Notes: generated by a model from the letters alone, not told the origin. A stretch of 64,000 nucleotides of DNA from an uncultured Desulfobacterales bacterium (GCA_964513995.1 CAZEOQ010000001.1:144550-208549), one strand, 5' to 3'; shown: positions 1 through 8,384, counted from the first letter of the stretch. Made by a program: numbers and translations.

Positions 1-762
1 TATTGAAATCCTTCTTTCAAGCTCCTTATCAAAGTATTTTAGTTTTACGAGTAAAACAGCAGCCTGAATAGTATCAAATCTTCCATTTGTTCCTACATGA
101 ACATGTTCATACTTTTCAATTCCACCATGATTTCTTATTGCTCTGATCTTTTTTGCAAGTTCATCATCATCAGTAAATATAGCTCCACCATCTCCATAAC
201 AGCCAAGAGGTTTTGCAGGAAAGAAGCTTGTGCAACCAATAAGTGTCAAACTACAGCTTCTTCTTCCCTTATGTTTTGCACCAAAACTTTGCGCACCATC
301 TTCTATAACAGCAATTCCGTATTTCTCTGCTATCTTATTTATTTTTGAAAGATCTGGCATCTGTCCAAAAAGACTTACAGGGATTATTGCTTTTGTCCTA
401 GAAGTTATTGCTTCTTCTAACTTTTCTGGATCCATATTATATGTATCTGGATCTATGTCTACAAATACAGGTCTTGCTCCTACAAGGAGTATGACTTCTG
501 CTGTGCTGATCCAGGTAAAAGGAACAGTGATTACTTCATCTCCTGGTCCTATGTCTAATGCTCTAAGAGATATTTCAAGAGCCATTGTTCCACTTGATAC
601 AGTAATTGCATGTTTTACTCCAACATATCTTGCAAGCTTTTCTTCAAGTTCTTCTATCTCTGGTCCCATTATAAAACGACCATGCTCTAATACTTTTCTT
701 ATCCTTTCTTCTATCTCTTCCCTGTATGCCTGATATTGTGCTTTTAGATCAACAAACTCCAT
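1..762 (-). CDS. DegT/DnrJ/EryC1/StrS-family PLP-dependent sugar aminotransferase (C-terminus beyond window edge)
   Basis: Absent from the ORF track because there is no stop inside the window. Reverse-complement translation from the ATG at 762-760 gives MEFVDLKAQYQAYREEIEERIRKVLEHGRFIMGPEIEELEEKLARYVGVKHAITVSSGT..., a canonical DegT-family N-terminus. The + strand ORFs 97-348 and 230-733 are its antisense shadows. Confidence 0.85.
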   Translation of the reverse strand, partial: MEFVDLKAQYQAYREEIEERIRKVLEHGRFIMGPEIEELEEKLARYVGVKHAITVSSGTMALEISLRALDIGPGDEVITVPFTWISTAEVILLVGARPVFVDIDPDTYNMDPEKLEEAITSRTKAIIPVSLFGQMPDLSKINKIAEKYGIAVIEDGAQSFGAKHKGRRSCSLTLIGCTSFFPAKPLGCYGDGGAIFTDDDELAKKIRAIRNHGGIEKYEHVHVGTNGRFDTIQAAVLLVKLKYFDKELERRISI

Positions 763-771
763 TTCTTTTTG

Positions 772-800
772 CTTATACAAAAAAAACACCTTCAAGACAA
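772..800 (-). promoter_or_regulatory. putative sigma70-type promoter of the DegT-family gene (TTGTCT-17-TATAAG, 9 nt before ATG)
   Basis: On the minus strand: TTGTCT (complement of 795-800), 17-nt spacer, TATAAG (complement of 772-777), then caaaaagaa and the ATG. No SD in between. Confidence 0.35.
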
Positions 801-805
801 TCAAA

Positions 806-834
806 TTGACATATCCTCAAAGCTGTTTTAAAAA
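806..834 (+). promoter_or_regulatory. putative sigma70-type promoter of the 841 gene (TTGACA-17-TAAAAA, 6 nt before ATG)
   Basis: TTGACA at 806-811, 17-nt spacer, TAAAAA at 829-834, then agacaa and the ATG at 841. No SD. Confidence 0.4.
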
Positions 835-840
835 AGACAA

Positions 841-1245
841 ATGAAATCTTGGTTTCTTTATTCAATATCTGCACTTTTTCTTTGGGGACTCTGGAGTTTT
901 TTCCCAAAGCTTGCTTCAAAATATCTGAATCCAAAAAGTATTCTCTTTTTTGAGATATCTGGAGCAGCCTCCTTTTCAATATACATCCTTCTCAATTCAG
1001 GTCTTTCTTTTCACATAAAAGGATTCATCTTTTCATTTTTAACCGGAATATTTGGAGCATGTGGAGCTCTGTTTTTTTTAAAAGCTCTTTCTGAAGGTCC
1101 TGTTTCTTTAGTAACCATTATAACAAGTCTTTATCCTGTAATAACTGTCATCCTTGCCTATATTTTTTTAGGAGAATCTCTTTCCCTCAGACAAATCTTA
1201 GGTATAATACTTGCAATAAGCGGAATTATACTCGTTTTGAAATAA
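841..1245 (+). CDS. small EamA/DMT-type (SMR-like, ArnE/ArnF-like) membrane transporter
   Basis: 134 aa and almost entirely hydrophobic, with about four TM helices. Half-size EamA pattern ending ...GESLSLRQILGIILAISGIILV. Divergent from the sugar aminotransferase gene. Confidence 0.6.
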   Translation: MKSWFLYSISALFLWGLWSFFPKLASKYLNPKSILFFEISGAASFSIYILLNSGLSFHIKGFIFSFLTGIFGACGALFFLKALSEGPVSLVTIITSLYPVITVILAYIFLGESLSLRQILGIILAISGIILVLK

Positions 1246-3101
1246 TGGGAAAGAAGCTCCTTATCGTAGAATCCCCAACAAAGACAAAGACACTGAAGAG
1301 ATATCTTGGGCGTGAATTTGAAGTAAAGGCTACATTAGGTCACATAAAAGACCTTCCAGAAGACAGGTTAGGTATAGACATAAACAATGGATTTAATCCA
1401 GAGTATGTGATTATAAAAGGAAAGGAAAAGATAATAAGGGAATTGAGGAATGCTGCAAAAGAAGCTGATGTCATCTATCTTGGAACAGATCCTGATCGTG
1501 AAGGAGAGGCAATAGCTTGGCATGTTGCAGAAGAGCTAAGGAAAGATAAGGCAATAAGAGGAAAAAAGATCCTTAGGGTCTTATTTAATGAAATTACAAA
1601 GAATGCTGTAAAAACAGCTCTTTCTTCTCCTGAACCTTTGAACAAAGAAAGATTTGAATCCCAAGTTGCAAGAAGAATACTGGATAGACTTGTTGGTTAT
1701 CTGATATCTCCTCTTTTGTGGAAAAAAGTAAAGTGGGGATTAAGTGCAGGAAGGGTCCAATCTGTTGCTTTAAGGATGATATGTGAAAGAGAAAAAGAGA
1801 TATTTGAATTTGAACCTGAAGAGTATTGGAATTTAGAGGTAGAACTAAGAGATGAAAAAGGAAAGACATTTAAGGCAAAGCTTGTGGAATATAAAGGGAA
1901 AAAGCCTGAACTTAAAAATAAAGAACAGGTTCAGAAGCTTATGACAGAATTAAAAGATAAAGAATTCAGGGTTTTTTCTGTTTCTAAGAAGAAAAGTAAG
2001 AAAAATCCTCCTTCTCCATTTATTACGAGTCTTCTTCAGCAAGAAGCTTATAAAAAATTTGGGTTTTCAGCAAAAAAGACAATGCTTATAGCCCAACAGC
2101 TTTATGAGGGAGTAGAGCTTGGTAGACTTGGAAGAACAGGACTTATAACATACATGAGAACAGATTCTTTCAGGATATCTGATGAAGCAAGAAAGATGGC
2201 TGAAAGTTTTATCTTAAAAAGATTTGGAAAGGAATACATACCAGAAAAACCAAATGAGTTTAAGAGCAGAAAAAATGCTCAAGAAGCTCATGAGGCTATA
2301 AGACCAACTCTGGTTGAGCTTGAGCCAGAAAAGATAAAGAGATACCTCACAAAAGAACAATACCTTCTTTATAAAATGATATGGGAAAGATTTCTTGCAT
2401 CTCAGATGAATCATGCCATCCTGGAAAAGACGCAGATAGACATAAAAGCAGCTGATGCTGTTTTTAGGATTACTGGTTCAGTTGTATTGTTTGATGGTTT
2501 TATGAAAGTTTATGGAGGAGAAGATGAAAGAAAAGAAATACCAGATCTAAGAAAGGATCAAACACTCATTTTTGTAAAATTCAATCCATCCCAACACTTT
2601 ACCCAACCTCCTCAAAGATATACAGATGCAACTCTTATAAAAGACTTAGAAAAGAATGGAATAGGAAGACCTTCTACTTATGCAACGATCCTGGAGATTA
2701 TAAATCAGAGAGAATATGTAACCAGAGATGAAAAAAAGAGATTTAAGCCAACTGAACTTGGTTTTCTCGTAACAGAACTTCTTTTAAGAAATTTTCCAGA
2801 CATTCTGGACATAGGCTTTACAGCAAAAATGGAGAAATACCTGGATCAGATAGAACAGGGAAAGCTAAAGTGGAAAGATGTAATAAAGAGGTTTTATGAA
2901 AGGTTCTCGGATGAACTTCAGAAGGCAGAAAAAAATATGGATGGAAAACTCCCTACAGATCTTTTTTGTCCAATATGCAAAGGAAGACTCTTTATAAGAT
3001 CAGGAAAGAGAGGAGTTTTTCTTGGCTGTTCCAATTTTCCAAGATGTAGATTCTCTTCAGATTTTTATAGAGACGAAAAAGGAAGGATTGTTATGAAATA
3101 A
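1245..3101 (+). CDS. topA: DNA topoisomerase I (short form, single C-terminal zinc ribbon)
   Basis: Toprim N-terminus KKLLIVESPTKTKTLKRYLG, active-site region LITYMRTDS, and C-terminal CPICKG...GCSNFPRCRF zinc ribbon. TAATG overlap with the upstream gene. Confidence 0.95.
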   Translation: MGKKLLIVESPTKTKTLKRYLGREFEVKATLGHIKDLPEDRLGIDINNGFNPEYVIIKGKEKIIRELRNAAKEADVIYLGTDPDREGEAIAWHVAEELRKDKAIRGKKILRVLFNEITKNAVKTALSSPEPLNKERFESQVARRILDRLVGYLISPLLWKKVKWGLSAGRVQSVALRMICEREKEIFEFEPEEYWNLEVELRDEKGKTFKAKLVEYKGKKPELKNKEQVQKLMTELKDKEFRVFSVSKKKSKKNPPSPFITSLLQQEAYKKFGFSAKKTMLIAQQLYEGVELGRLGRTGLITYMRTDSFRISDEARKMAESFILKRFGKEYIPEKPNEFKSRKNAQEAHEAIRPTLVELEPEKIKRYLTKEQYLLYKMIWERFLASQMNHAILEKTQIDIKAADAVFRITGSVVLFDGFMKVYGGEDERKEIPDLRKDQTLIFVKFNPSQHFTQPPQRYTDATLIKDLEKNGIGRPSTYATILEIINQREYVTRDEKKRFKPTELGFLVTELLLRNFPDILDIGFTAKMEKYLDQIEQGKLKWKDVIKRFYERFSDELQKAEKNMDGKLPTDLFCPICKGRLFIRSGKRGVFLGCSNFPRCRFSSDFYRDEKGRIVMK

Positions 3102-3105
3102 TTTC

Positions 3106-3135
3106 TTGACAAATCTAAGCCTAAGTCTTTATAAA
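3106..3135 (+). promoter_or_regulatory. putative sigma70-type promoter (TTGACA-18-TATAAA, 8 nt before ATG 3144)
   Basis: TTGACA at 3106-3111 and TATAAA at 3130-3135, followed by aacctggt and then the ATG. No SD. Confidence 0.45.
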
Positions 3136-3143
3136 AACCTGGT

Positions 3144-3731
3144 ATGAAAGCCTTAGCAAAAGCATTGTTTTTTGTTTTATTTTTCGTCCAATCAGTTCTT
3201 TCAGAAGATGCTCCTTTTAAAAAGGGAACACTTTCCTTTGAGTATCAAACAGGCATACTTTTTTCTCCTGTAATTGTTCACGAGGAACTTCCTTCTTTTA
3301 ATTACTGGCAGACAAATCTCAGAATAGGAAGAATGCTTAACTCTCCTCATGGAAAAGGGATTTTTAGAGGAAACCTTGAAGGGATTATAGAGATTACTGC
3401 TTCTTCTGTAGTTGAAGGAAAAGGAAGTTATTTATTTGGGATAGGTCCTCTTTTCAGATATAATTTTGTCAGAAAAAGTAGGAAATTTTTTCCTTATATA
3501 CAGGTTGGAGCAGGAGTCTGCTATACAGATGCTTATTACTATGAAGCAACAGGTCAGGGTTTCAACTTTACTATACATTTAGGAATAGGAGTAAAATATC
3601 TTTTAAGTAAAAGGATTGCTATAGAACTTGAAACAAGATATGAGCATATATCAAATGCAGGGATGGATCACAGAAATAAAGGAATAAATGCTATTGGACC
3701 TATGTTTGGTTTTACTTACTATTTTCACTAA
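3144..3731 (+). CDS. outer-membrane beta-barrel acyloxyacyl hydrolase / lipid A 3-O-deacylase (PagL-like)
   Basis: Signal peptide MKALAKALFFVLFFVQSVLS, alternating beta-strand pattern, C-terminal HISNAG motif (the His-x-Ser-Asn motif of the PagL family) and a terminal aromatic YYF(H). Confidence 0.6.
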   Translation: MKALAKALFFVLFFVQSVLSEDAPFKKGTLSFEYQTGILFSPVIVHEELPSFNYWQTNLRIGRMLNSPHGKGIFRGNLEGIIEITASSVVEGKGSYLFGIGPLFRYNFVRKSRKFFPYIQVGAGVCYTDAYYYEATGQGFNFTIHLGIGVKYLLSKRIAIELETRYEHISNAGMDHRNKGINAIGPMFGFTYYFH

Positions 3732-3740
3732 AATTCTGTC

Positions 3741-3769
3741 TTGAAAATATTCCAAAGCTCTGGTAGTTT
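3741..3769 (+). promoter_or_regulatory. putative promoter (TTGAAA-17-TAGTTT, 8 nt before ATG 3778)
   Basis: TTGAAA at 3741-3746, 17-nt spacer, TAGTTT at 3764-3769, then atccaatc and the ATG. No SD. Confidence 0.3.
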
Positions 3770-3777
3770 ATCCAATC

Positions 3778-4509
3778 ATGATGAAGAAGGAAGAGATGAA
3801 ATATCTAATCCCTTCTATAACTTCAGAAAGGAGATGTCTTTCTTGTGGAACATCTGACATCAAACCAGGAAGAAGATACTGTTCTAAGGAATGCAGACAG
3901 CAGATGAATTGGGTCCTTTCTCTTTCAAAAGGACTTCTTAAGGCATTTAATGCAAGATATGCAACATTTTTTTACAATTCAGAATATGTAATCCTTGACA
4001 TCCTTCCTGTCTGGTCAAAAGGAGTTTCAAGATTCCTTTGGAAAAGAACACCTGGAAGAAAGCCTGCTGAGGACCTGAAAGAACTAATTCTCTATTGGGG
4101 GAAAAAGTGGCATGAGCTTGTAAACAGCAGTAATTCAAAAAGCTATGCCTCTTTCTTTTTGATAAAACAGACTTATATAGAAGAGCTTGATCCAGAGATG
4201 TTAAAGCCAGTAAAGATAATGATTCCAAAACTTACAGAAAAAGAAAAGTTTTATCTGAAAATCCTGAGGATAAAAAAAGAGGATCTTTTTACTTCTCATC
4301 CTGTAGACATCATAAGATCAGCATATAAGAGGATGGCAAAACTTTATCATCCCGATATGGGAGGAGATGAAGAAAAATTCAAACAGCTAACAGAAGCCTA
4401 TAGGCATATACTTATGTGGGCAAAGAATCCAAGTTATACATTCCGTAAGGCTATTGTTGGATGCTGGTCATATGATGGAAAGACAAACAGGTGGACACCA
4501 CCACTTTAG
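3778..4509 (+). CDS. uncharacterised protein with N-terminal CxxC...CxxxC zinc ribbon and C-terminal J domain
   Basis: CLSCGTSDIKPGRRYCSKEC (FCS/TRASH-like C-x2-C-x11-C-x3-C) near the N-terminus. C-terminal J domain IIRSAYKRMAKLYHPDMGGDEEKFKQLTEAYRHIL has the HPD tripeptide. The roughly 130-aa middle region matches nothing I recognise. Confidence 0.7.
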   Translation: MMKKEEMKYLIPSITSERRCLSCGTSDIKPGRRYCSKECRQQMNWVLSLSKGLLKAFNARYATFFYNSEYVILDILPVWSKGVSRFLWKRTPGRKPAEDLKELILYWGKKWHELVNSSNSKSYASFFLIKQTYIEELDPEMLKPVKIMIPKLTEKEKFYLKILRIKKEDLFTSHPVDIIRSAYKRMAKLYHPDMGGDEEKFKQLTEAYRHILMWAKNPSYTFRKAIVGCWSYDGKTNRWTPPL

Positions 4510-6818
4510 ACTTCCATACATACACTTTTTACTTGTCTTAGATCTGTAAGACCTAAAAATATCTTTCTTATTCCATCCTGCATAAGAGTTCTCATTCCAT
4601 CTTTTATTGCCTGTTTCCTAAGCTCTTCTACAGGAGCCTTTTTCTGAATCAGAGATTTTATCTGTGGTGTTCCTATAAGGAGCTCAAAAAGAGCAACTCT
4701 TCCTCTATATCCAGTATTATTACACTTAGGACAGCCTTTTGGTCTGTATAAGAAAAGATCACTGTTATACTCTATTCCAAGCTCTTCAAAGTTTTCTCCA
4801 TAAAGTCTTGCAAGAAGATCAAATTCTTCTCTTGAAGGATGATATTTTTCTTTACAGTCAGGACAAAGTGTCCTTGCAAGTCTCTGAGCGAGTATTCCAA
4901 GAATGGCATCTGCAAAGTTAAATGGATCCATTCCCATGTCAAGAAGTCTTACAATGGTCTCTGGCGCATTGTTTGTATGAAGTGTGCTGAATACAAGATG
5001 TCCTGTAAGAGATGCTTCAATTGCAGCAGCAGCAGTCTCTTTATCTCTTATCTCTCCTATCATGATCACATCAGGATCTGCTCTAAGGAATGCCCTAAGA
5101 GCTGCTGCAAAATCAAATCCTATCTTTGGCATAACCTGAACCTGACGAAGTCCTTCCTGAGTGATTTCTACAGGATCTTCTGCTGTCCATATCTTCTTTT
5201 CTGGTGTATTTATATGTTTCAGGGCAGCATGAAGTGTCGTCGTCTTTCCTGAACCTGTTGGTCCAACTACAAGAACCATTCCATAAGGTTTCTGAATAAT
5301 ATCAAGAAAAGCCTTGTAATCTCTTTCGCTCATCTGAAGTTTTTCTAAAGGAATAGGCTCTCCACTGTGAAGTATCCTTAAGACGACATCTTCATTCTGA
5401 TTTATCGTAGGGATTGTTGCAACTCTCAGTTCTATATCAAGAGGAGCATATTTCTTAAACTGGATCTTTCCGTCTTGTGGAAGCCTTCTTTCAGAAATGT
5501 CAAGATCAGCCATTATCTTTATTCTAGAGATTAAGGCATTTTTGTAGATGTGAGGAATTGTCTGATATATCTGACAGACACCATCAACCCTTATTCTTAT
5601 AAGAACTGGCTTTTTTCCTGGTTGAGGTTCTATGTGTATATCTGATGCTCCTCTATTGTAAGCATCAATGATTATCTTGTTTACGAGCTGAACAATAGTG
5701 CTATCTTCTTCAGATATGTATTCCTCCTCTTCTTCCTCCTCTTCTTTTTCCTCAACCTCAAGCTTTGTAAGAAGCGATTCAATACTTGAGTCAATTACAG
5801 GAGGTTTTTGAGTGCTAAAAAAATGGTCTATTATCTTTTCTATATCTTCCTTTGTAGATACCCAATACTCAAACTTTTCTCCTGGAAGTATCCTTGATAT
5901 GACATCTCTTGCTGGTAAAAAGTTAGGATCTTCCATAGCAACAATTATCTTTCCATCTTCTTTTGCAATAGGGACAAAACCGTGATATTTCAAAAAACCA
6001 GGTTTGAGACCTTGAAGAAGATCAGCTGGAACAGGCATATTTGGATCAAAGCTTATAAACCTTGTTTGATAAAATTCAGAAAGGGCTTTTCCTATTTCTT
6101 CTTTTGGCACATTGAAGTCTTTAATTAGAACAGACTCAACACTTCTTTTCAGCTTTCTTGCAATAGACATTGCCCTTGCAAGGTCTTGAGGAGTTATTAT
6201 GTTATTCCTTACCAGATAATCAAATTTTGTCCTCGTAGTCTTTTGAACTGCTCTTTGATTCTTAAAAAATGCTATACCAAGAACATTAGCTATTTCTTTT
6301 ATTGACTTTTCATCATTCTCATTAAACCTTTCTGCCCCTTTCTTGTTAATAAGCTGAATTACTCCAAGGATATATCTTTTATAAATAATAGGAGCAGCTA
6401 AGACCTGTCTCGTCCTATACCTCGTCTTTTGATCCCAGCTTTTATCAAACCTTAAGTGAGGAGCTACTTTTTTCAGTTCTTCTTCATCATATACATTGCT
6501 AATATTTATTACCTTTGCTGTCCAGGCACAGTATCCAGCAATACTGTTATTGTCTACTTTGACCCTTATCTCATTTATCTCATCACCTGTTTTAAACTTT
6601 GAATATATCTGCTTATTGATTCCATCTACTGCATAGATAGTTATCCTGTCAGCATCAAAAAGACTGAGGATCTCATCCTGAAGATTTATAAGGATTTCTT
6701 CTGTATCAGTCGCAGAATGAATCTGGTTTATTATATGAGTAAGTTTTTTCTGATATTCTAACTCTTTCTCTAAGGATTCTCTCGTATCTTCTGTTTTTTT
6801 CCTCAAAAGAAAAGCCAT
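4506..6818 (-). CDS. GspE/PilB-family secretion ATPase with N-terminal GAF domain
   Basis: 770 aa. The C-terminal half has Walker A GPTGSGKTTTL, the Asp/His boxes, and the tetracysteine motif CPDCKEKY...CPKCNNTGYRGR typical of GspE/PilB. Upstream of that is a T2SSE_N-like region, and the N-terminal ~190 aa is GAF-like. An acidic poly-Glu linker lies between the two halves. Confidence 0.85.
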   Translation of the reverse strand: MAFLLRKKTEDTRESLEKELEYQKKLTHIINQIHSATDTEEILINLQDEILSLFDADRITIYAVDGINKQIYSKFKTGDEINEIRVKVDNNSIAGYCAWTAKVINISNVYDEEELKKVAPHLRFDKSWDQKTRYRTRQVLAAPIIYKRYILGVIQLINKKGAERFNENDEKSIKEIANVLGIAFFKNQRAVQKTTRTKFDYLVRNNIITPQDLARAMSIARKLKRSVESVLIKDFNVPKEEIGKALSEFYQTRFISFDPNMPVPADLLQGLKPGFLKYHGFVPIAKEDGKIIVAMEDPNFLPARDVISRILPGEKFEYWVSTKEDIEKIIDHFFSTQKPPVIDSSIESLLTKLEVEEKEEEEEEEEYISEEDSTIVQLVNKIIIDAYNRGASDIHIEPQPGKKPVLIRIRVDGVCQIYQTIPHIYKNALISRIKIMADLDISERRLPQDGKIQFKKYAPLDIELRVATIPTINQNEDVVLRILHSGEPIPLEKLQMSERDYKAFLDIIQKPYGMVLVVGPTGSGKTTTLHAALKHINTPEKKIWTAEDPVEITQEGLRQVQVMPKIGFDFAAALRAFLRADPDVIMIGEIRDKETAAAAIEASLTGHLVFSTLHTNNAPETIVRLLDMGMDPFNFADAILGILAQRLARTLCPDCKEKYHPSREEFDLLARLYGENFEELGIEYNSDLFLYRPKGCPKCNNTGYRGRVALFELLIGTPQIKSLIQKKAPVEELRKQAIKDGMRTLMQDGIRKIFLGLTDLRQVKSVCMEV
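5721..5756 (-). repeat. GAR-codon low-complexity tract encoding a poly-Glu linker (VEEKEEEEEEEEY) inside the GAF-GspE gene
   Basis: The + strand reads ttcctcctcttcttcctcctcttctttttcctc. This translates on the minus strand to a run of Glu residues. Confidence 0.8.
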
Positions 6819-6890
6819 TTTTCCTCTTGTCCTTTTTTTATTACCATTTTATTATAAAACGGCTCAACAAAAAAAGAAAGGAGTCTTTTT

Positions 6891-7643
6891 ATGCTTTTTG
6901 ACTCACACGCCCACCTGGACATATTTGAGGACTTAGATGAAGTAATAAAAAGAGCAAAAGATGAGGGAGTGGAGGATATTATTACAGTTGGAGTAGACCT
7001 TGAAAGCTCTATTAAGGCCATAGAGATTGCAAAGAGATATGAAGGAGTATTTGCTGCTGTAGGTTTTCATCCTCATAATGCAAGATATGCTGAAACAGAA
7101 AAGTTAGAGTTTCTTATAAAAAAGGCAGAAAAAGAAGAAAAGGTGATTGGTTGGGGAGAGATAGGACTTGATTTTTACAAGAATTATTCTCCAAGGGATA
7201 TACAGATAAAGGTCTTTAAAGAACAGCTTCACATAGCAAAAAAGCTTTCTCTTCCTGTAATCATCCATGACAGAGAAGCACATGAAGAAGTCCTTTCTAT
7301 AATAAAGGAAATAGGGATAAATAAAGGTGTTATTCATTGTTTTTCAGGAGATTCTTCTCTTGCAAAAAAATTTATTGAACAAGGCTTCTTTATTTCAATC
7401 CCAGGAACAGTTACATACAGAAAAGCATCTAAGATAAGAAGGGTTGTCTCAGAGATAGATATTGATCATATGCTCGTAGAAACTGATTGTCCATTTCTTA
7501 CTCCTTATCAAAAAAAAGGAACAAGAAATGAACCAGCATTTATAAGATTTACTGTTCAGGAGATAGCTTCTATAAAGGGGATGAGTTTTGAAGAAGTTGC
7601 AAAAATTACAACAAAGAATACAAAAGGACTTTTTAGGATATGA
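6891..7643 (+). CDS. tatD: TatD-family metal-dependent deoxyribonuclease/hydrolase
   Basis: MLFDSHAHLD N-terminus, GEIGLDFY and HCFSG motifs. SD aaaggag lies 8 nt upstream. Confidence 0.9.
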   Translation: MLFDSHAHLDIFEDLDEVIKRAKDEGVEDIITVGVDLESSIKAIEIAKRYEGVFAAVGFHPHNARYAETEKLEFLIKKAEKEEKVIGWGEIGLDFYKNYSPRDIQIKVFKEQLHIAKKLSLPVIIHDREAHEEVLSIIKEIGINKGVIHCFSGDSSLAKKFIEQGFFISIPGTVTYRKASKIRRVVSEIDIDHMLVETDCPFLTPYQKKGTRNEPAFIRFTVQEIASIKGMSFEEVAKITTKNTKGLFRI

Positions 7644-8239
7644 AAAAACACATTTCACAAGACTATCCTCTTATCCTTGCTTCTTCCTCTCCTAGAAGAA
7701 GGGAATTGCTTTCATCTTTAAAGATTCCTTTTTTGGTTATACCGAGCAATGTAGAAGAGAAAAAAGGGAAGGATGATCCTGAAAGATTTGCAAAAGAGAA
7801 TGCTCTTATAAAAGCAAAAGATGTCTCTTTTAGGATAAAAGACAGATGGATTCTTGGAGCTGATACAATTGTCGTTCTTGGAAGAAGGATTATAGGAAAG
7901 CCAAAAGACAGAGAAGATGCAAAGAGGATGTTAAGACAGCTAAGTGGAAAAAATCATACTGTTATTACAGCATTCTGTATTATTGATCCAGAAGGTGAAG
8001 TTGCTCATCTTGAAACAGTAAAGACAGAAGTATGGATAAAAGAGCTTACAGAAGAAGAAATAGAAGGATATCTTGAGACAGGAGAACCTTTTGACAAAGC
8101 TGGATCTTATGCTGCTCAAGGGATAGGAGCATTTATGATAAAAAAGATCAGAGGCTCCTATACAAATGTAGTAGGACTTCCTCTTTCAGAGCTTATAGAT
8201 GCCTTAAAGAAAGTTGGAGCAATAAAAAAATTTCCATAA
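7640..8239 (+). CDS. maf: Maf-family nucleoside triphosphate pyrophosphatase (septum formation inhibitor-like)
   Basis: LILASSSPRRRELL N-terminal motif and the C-terminal AGSYAAQG / VVGLP motifs. ATGA overlap with tatD. Confidence 0.9.
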   Translation: MKKHISQDYPLILASSSPRRRELLSSLKIPFLVIPSNVEEKKGKDDPERFAKENALIKAKDVSFRIKDRWILGADTIVVLGRRIIGKPKDREDAKRMLRQLSGKNHTVITAFCIIDPEGEVAHLETVKTEVWIKELTEEEIEGYLETGEPFDKAGSYAAQGIGAFMIKKIRGSYTNVVGLPLSELIDALKKVGAIKKFP

Positions 8240-8241
8240 GA

Positions 8242-8314
8242 TGGGCACGCCGAGATTTGAACTCGGGACCTCTACCGTGTCGGGGTAGCGCTCTCCCACC
8301 TGAGCTACGTGCCC
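8242..8314 (-). tRNA. tRNA-Val (anticodon GAC), CCA not encoded
   Basis: The minus strand reads GGGCACG-TA-GCTC-AGGTGGGA-GAGC-G-CTACC-CCGACAC-GGTAG-AGGTC-CCGAG-TTCAAAT-CTCGG-CGTGCCC-A. This is a perfect cloverleaf with the T-loop TTCAAAT. The anticodon loop CCGACAC places GAC at positions 34-36. Confidence 0.85.
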
Positions 8315-8338
8315 ATCCAGATTTTTTAATACCAAATG

Positions 8339-8347
8339 ATTATAACA
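8339..8347 (-). promoter_or_regulatory. extended -10 element (TGtTATAAT) for the tRNA-Val gene
   Basis: The minus strand reads ctgTTATAAT, with TG at -15/-14 and a perfect TATAAT. It lies about 25 nt upstream of the mature tRNA 5' end. Confidence 0.4.
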
Positions 8348-8348
8348 G

Positions 8349-8376
8349 TTGTCAAACAGAATTTACATGTGATAAT
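8349..8376 (+). promoter_or_regulatory. putative promoter of nadE (TTGTCA-16-GATAAT, 8 nt before ATG 8385)
   Basis: TTGTCA at 8349-8354 and tgtGATAAT at 8368-8376 (extended -10 TG), then aagatgag and the ATG. No SD. Confidence 0.4.
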
Positions 8377-8384
8377 AAGATGAG

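Noticed and set aside
97-733. Two + strand ORFs (83 and 167 aa) listed in the ORF track at the left edge.
   Set aside because: They are Ser/Ile/Phe-rich low-complexity translations lying exactly antisense to a well-conserved DegT-family aminotransferase reading frame on the minus strand. They are shadow ORFs.
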